The notes beneath the pieces are model-generated. The model did no database searches. It was given only the letters and a program-made list of their open reading frames with translations, and had not been told where the DNA came from. From the NCBI RefSeq assembly GCF_016127575.1, contig NZ_CP066019.1, positions 390,001 to 422,000 of the forward strand: 32,000 nt of DNA, written 5' to 3'. This document shows positions 31,582-32,000 of the stretch, piece after piece; position 1 is the first letter of the stretch, and each line of letters begins with the position of its first letter. This DNA is from Cupriavidus necator (lineage in GTDB: Bacteria; Pseudomonadota; Gammaproteobacteria; Burkholderiales; Burkholderiaceae). Both the position numbers and the translations under genes were made by a program.

Positions 31582-32000
31582 ATGACCATTGTCGTGCTAC
31601 CGAGCGACGGCTCGCCATACAGCATTAGAGCCGCGAGAAGACTGGTTTCTCCCGGTCTCTTTGAGCGCCCGCTGGAAGTGCACCTAGTGCACGCGTTTCC
31701 CGATATCAGCGGCAGGGCGCAGGCATATTTCTCGAAGCCCCAGATCGATCAGTGGGCAAACGAGGCCGCAGATAACGCATTCCAGGCAATTCGCCCATTA
31801 CTGAAGGCGGCTCACTGTGCGGTGACCGAACATGCTTGCATTGGTGAGCCAGCGCCACGAATCGTAGACGTGGTGCTAGCGTGCCGAGCCGACGTCATCG
31901 TCATGGGCACGCACGGCCGGGGCGCTTTCCTGTCGGCCGTCCTCGGGTCGGTGGCAGCGCGCGTGTTAGCTTCCTCTCCCGTTCCGGTCTTGCTGGTGCC
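31582..32000 (+). CDS. universal stress protein (UspA family), runs off the right edge
   Basis: ATG 31582 lies 5 nt after AGGAGG (31571-31576). The frame reads MTIVVLPSDGSPYSIRAARRLV...ADVIVMGTHGRGAFLSAVLGSVAARVLASSPVPVLLV with no stop before the window end. It is not in the ORF track. Confidence 0.8.
   Translation, partial: MTIVVLPSDGSPYSIRAARRLVSPGLFERPLEVHLVHAFPDISGRAQAYFSKPQIDQWANEAADNAFQAIRPLLKAAHCAVTEHACIGEPAPRIVDVVLACRADVIVMGTHGRGAFLSAVLGSVAARVLASSPVPVLLV

Noticed and set aside
1-32000. CRISPR arrays, rRNA/tRNA genes, prophage, defence-system or toxin-antitoxin modules
   Set aside because: I saw none of the following:
- regularly spaced direct repeats
- cloverleaf-compatible segments
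- ORFs with nuclease, ATPase or defence, phage-structural or TA-like features
Every large ORF is accounted for by metabolic, transport or regulatory families.

Overview
This 32-kb window has no rRNA, tRNA or CRISPR array. It reads like a catabolic or accessory region of a GC-rich betaproteobacterium, probably Cupriavidus/Ralstonia-like Burkholderiales. That taxon call is inference from a Bug/TctC-family binding protein, a Burkholderiales-type porin, many IclR/LysR/AraC regulators and the base composition. All protein-family calls come from reading the supplied translations and recalling motifs; no search was run.

Left block, 1 to about 18.3 kb, very GC-rich (43/60 GC hand-counted in line 6001-6060):
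- a thiolase-like/DUF2889 operon
- a 5' fragment of an acyl-CoA ligase
- a porin
- a GMC oxidoreductase that continues in frame, with no stop, into an SdsA1-type alkylsulfatase (one 1241-codon ORF)
- two paralogous IclR regulators and an AraC regulator
- an SDR (frameshifted)/MaoC/citryl-CoA-lyase-like operon
- a Bug-ECH-ECH-ALDH-TauD/AtsK-like operon

Right block, from about 18.3 kb, where composition drops (34/60 GC in line 22501, 20/60 in line 21241, 24-26/60 inside the cytochrome c gene):
- a multiply disrupted transposase relic
- VOC, LysR, GFA and AraC genes
- an FAH / CE4-deacetylase-like / MFS / TauE-SafE / Tat-signal amidohydrolase / signal-peptide RidA cluster
- an AT-rich cytochrome c
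- a 26-codon integrase stub beside a perfect 29-bp palindrome
- a LysR/SDR deletion scar and a partial UspA gene

Best leads:
1. The GMC-alkylsulfatase read-through fusion with an internal signal peptide.
2. A possible two-route alkyl-sulfate locus.
3. The predicted periplasmic amidohydrolase + RidA pair on a decayed island.

I see no defence-system, toxin-antitoxin or phage module.
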